Shown: positions 62,130-64,000 of the stretch, piece by piece | How positions within the stretch are numbered: position 1 is the stretch's first letter | Layout of the letters: each line of letters begins with the position of its first letter | Assembly (NCBI RefSeq): GCF_009914755.1 | Contig: NC_060931.1 | DNA length: 64,000 nucleotides | Reading direction: 5' to 3' (one strand) | From: the human T2T-CHM13v2.0 reference genome, Homo sapiens | Made by a program: the position numbers and the translations under genes | Notes under the pieces: generated by a model | What the model saw: only the letters and a program-made list of their open reading frames with translations | What the model was told of the DNA's origin: nothing | The model's database searches: none

Positions 62130-63920
62130 AAAGGCAGCTTTATTGATGTATAAGTGACAAAAAGCATAAGTCTGATAAGTTGTGAGGTATTTTTACACTC
62201 ATGAAACCACTGGCATGGTCGAATTAATGAACAGATCCAACACCCCATAATTTTCCTTATTCCCCTTTATAGTCCCTTCCTTCTCTTCCCCTGCCAGCAG
62301 GCAACCATTGAAGTTTGTATTTCCTAGAATTTTATATAAATAATCATTTTGAGATTTTTCTTGCAGGTATTAATAGTTTATTCCTTTTTAAATTGCAGAA
62401 TGGTATCCCATTGTATCAAGGATGTACCACAGTTGGTTTATCCATATACACCTGTTTATGGATATCTGGGTTGTTTCTAGTTTTGGTTATTACATTTCAA
62501 GCTGCTGTGAGTATTCCCATACATGTGTTTGAATCAACATTCTTTAATTTGTCTTGGGGAAATATCTTGGGTGGCTAGATCATACAGTAGGTGGTGTAGT
62601 AGGTTTAATTTTTAAATAACTCCCAACTGATTTCAAAAGTGGTTATGTAGTTTCATGTTCCCACCAGGAGTATGTGAGAGTTCCAGTTCCTCCAAATCCT
62701 TATCAACTCTTGGTATAGCTAGTCTATTTCATTTTAGTAATTGTAATAGATGTGTAGTGGTATTTCAGTTTTAATCTGCATTTTCCTAATGAGTTAGTGA
62801 CATTTATCATCTTTTCCCGGACTTATTTGCCATCCAGATATCTTCTATGTTAAAGTGTCTGTTCAAATATTTTGCCCATTTAAAAATAATTGGGTTGCTT
62901 TAAATAAAGTTTTAAGTATTTTCTTTCTGGGTTTTGAGAGTTCTTTATTCTTGATGCAAGTCCTTTATGATATATGACTTGAAAATATTTTCTCAGTATC
63001 ATGTGGCTTATCTTTTCATTCTTTTAACAGTGTCCTTTGAAGAGCTGAAGTTTTAAATTTTGATGAAGACTAATTTATCAATTTGTTCTTTCTTAGATGT
63101 TGCTTTCAAAGTCAGGTCTAAAAAGTCTTTTCCTATCCCAAGGTCATAAAGACTTTTTTTCAAAATGTTTTCCTTTAGTAGTTTTATAGTTTATGGCTTT
63201 TTCATTTAGGTCTATGATACATTTTGAGTTTTTTTTGTTTGTTTGTTTTTTTGTTTTTTTGAGATGGAGTCTCACTCTGTTGCCCAGACTGGAGTGCAGT
63301 AGCGTGATCTTGGCTCACCGCAACCTCCGCCTCCTGGGTTCAAGTGATTCTCCTGCCTCAGACTCTCCTGAGTAGCTGGGACTACAGGCACGCACCACCA
63401 TGCCTGGCTAATTTTTGTATTTTTTGTAGAGACAGGGTTTCACCATATTGGCCAGGCTGGTCTCGAACTGCTGATCTTGTGATCCGCCCACCTTGGCCTC
63501 CCAAAGTGCTGGGATTACAGGCATGATCCACCACACCCAGCCAAGGTCTTTTTTTTTATATGGAGTGTGGTATGGTTTGAAGTTTCTTCTTTTGTATATG
63601 GATACCCCTTTGTTTCAACACCATTGTGGAAAAGACTATGCTTTCCATCTTGGGCAAAAATCACGTACGTAAGTTTGGGCTTATTTGTGAACCATCTATT
63701 ATATTTCACTGATATTCCTGAACATCAATACCATGCTGTCTTGAATACTGTAGCTTTATAATTTTGAAATCAGGTAGTGTTACTCTCCAACACTGTCCTT
63801 CAAAGTTGTTTTGAGCTATTATTCTAGGTCCTTTGAATTTCCACACAGATTTTAGAGTAAGTTTTTCAATTTCTACAAAAAAGCCCACAAGAGTTTTGAT
63901 GAGGACTGCACTGACTCTAT
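62130..63920 (-). mobile_element. Old L1M 3' region in the BMT2 last intron
   Basis: Antisense L1 3'UTR/ORF2 phrases; weak ORF2 peptide at 63706-63936. Confidence 0.75.
63228..63542 (-). mobile_element. AluS inserted in L1M
   Basis: Alu consensus. Confidence 0.92.
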
Positions 63921-64000
63921 ACAGACAGGGTCTCACTCTGTCACCTAGGCTGGAGTACAGTGGTGTGATCTTAGCTCACTGCAACCTCCACCCTCTGGGC
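63921..64000 (-). mobile_element. Alu fragment cut by the window edge
   Basis: agacagggtctcactctgtcacctaggctggag. Confidence 0.85.

Overview
Human/primate genomic DNA (Alu, L1PA and MER/LTR repeats), recognised from the proteins as the TMEM168-BMT2(SAMTOR/C7orf60) locus (7q31 from memory). The whole TMEM168 gene lies on the minus strand: CpG-island exon 1 (donor after 28445), then coding exons 23110-21983, 13609-13467, 11346-11072 and 6035-5488. These splice through GT-AG junctions in matching phase to 2094 nt (697 aa + stop). The last coding exon and 3'UTR of BMT2/SAMTOR (61255-60626, minus) lie about 29 kb upstream of the TMEM168 promoter, in tandem. The intergenic region holds a MER51 solo LTR, an Alu bracketed by a ~195-bp inverted duplication and followed by a ~2.7-kb AT array, nested ERV1 LTRs, a truncated class III ERV with an env remnant, MaLR LTRs and a twin-primed L1PA. 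Best leads: (1) the TMEM168 C-terminus reads like a caspase-fold pseudo-protease; (2) TMEM168 has a multi-uORF leader and one open frame that overlaps its start codon and can be entered by several splice routes; (3) the inverted-repeat/AT-array structure; (4) the env remnant; (5) the L1 inversion breakpoint at the poly-G tract. Repeat subfamily names are from recalled consensus similarity, not from a search.
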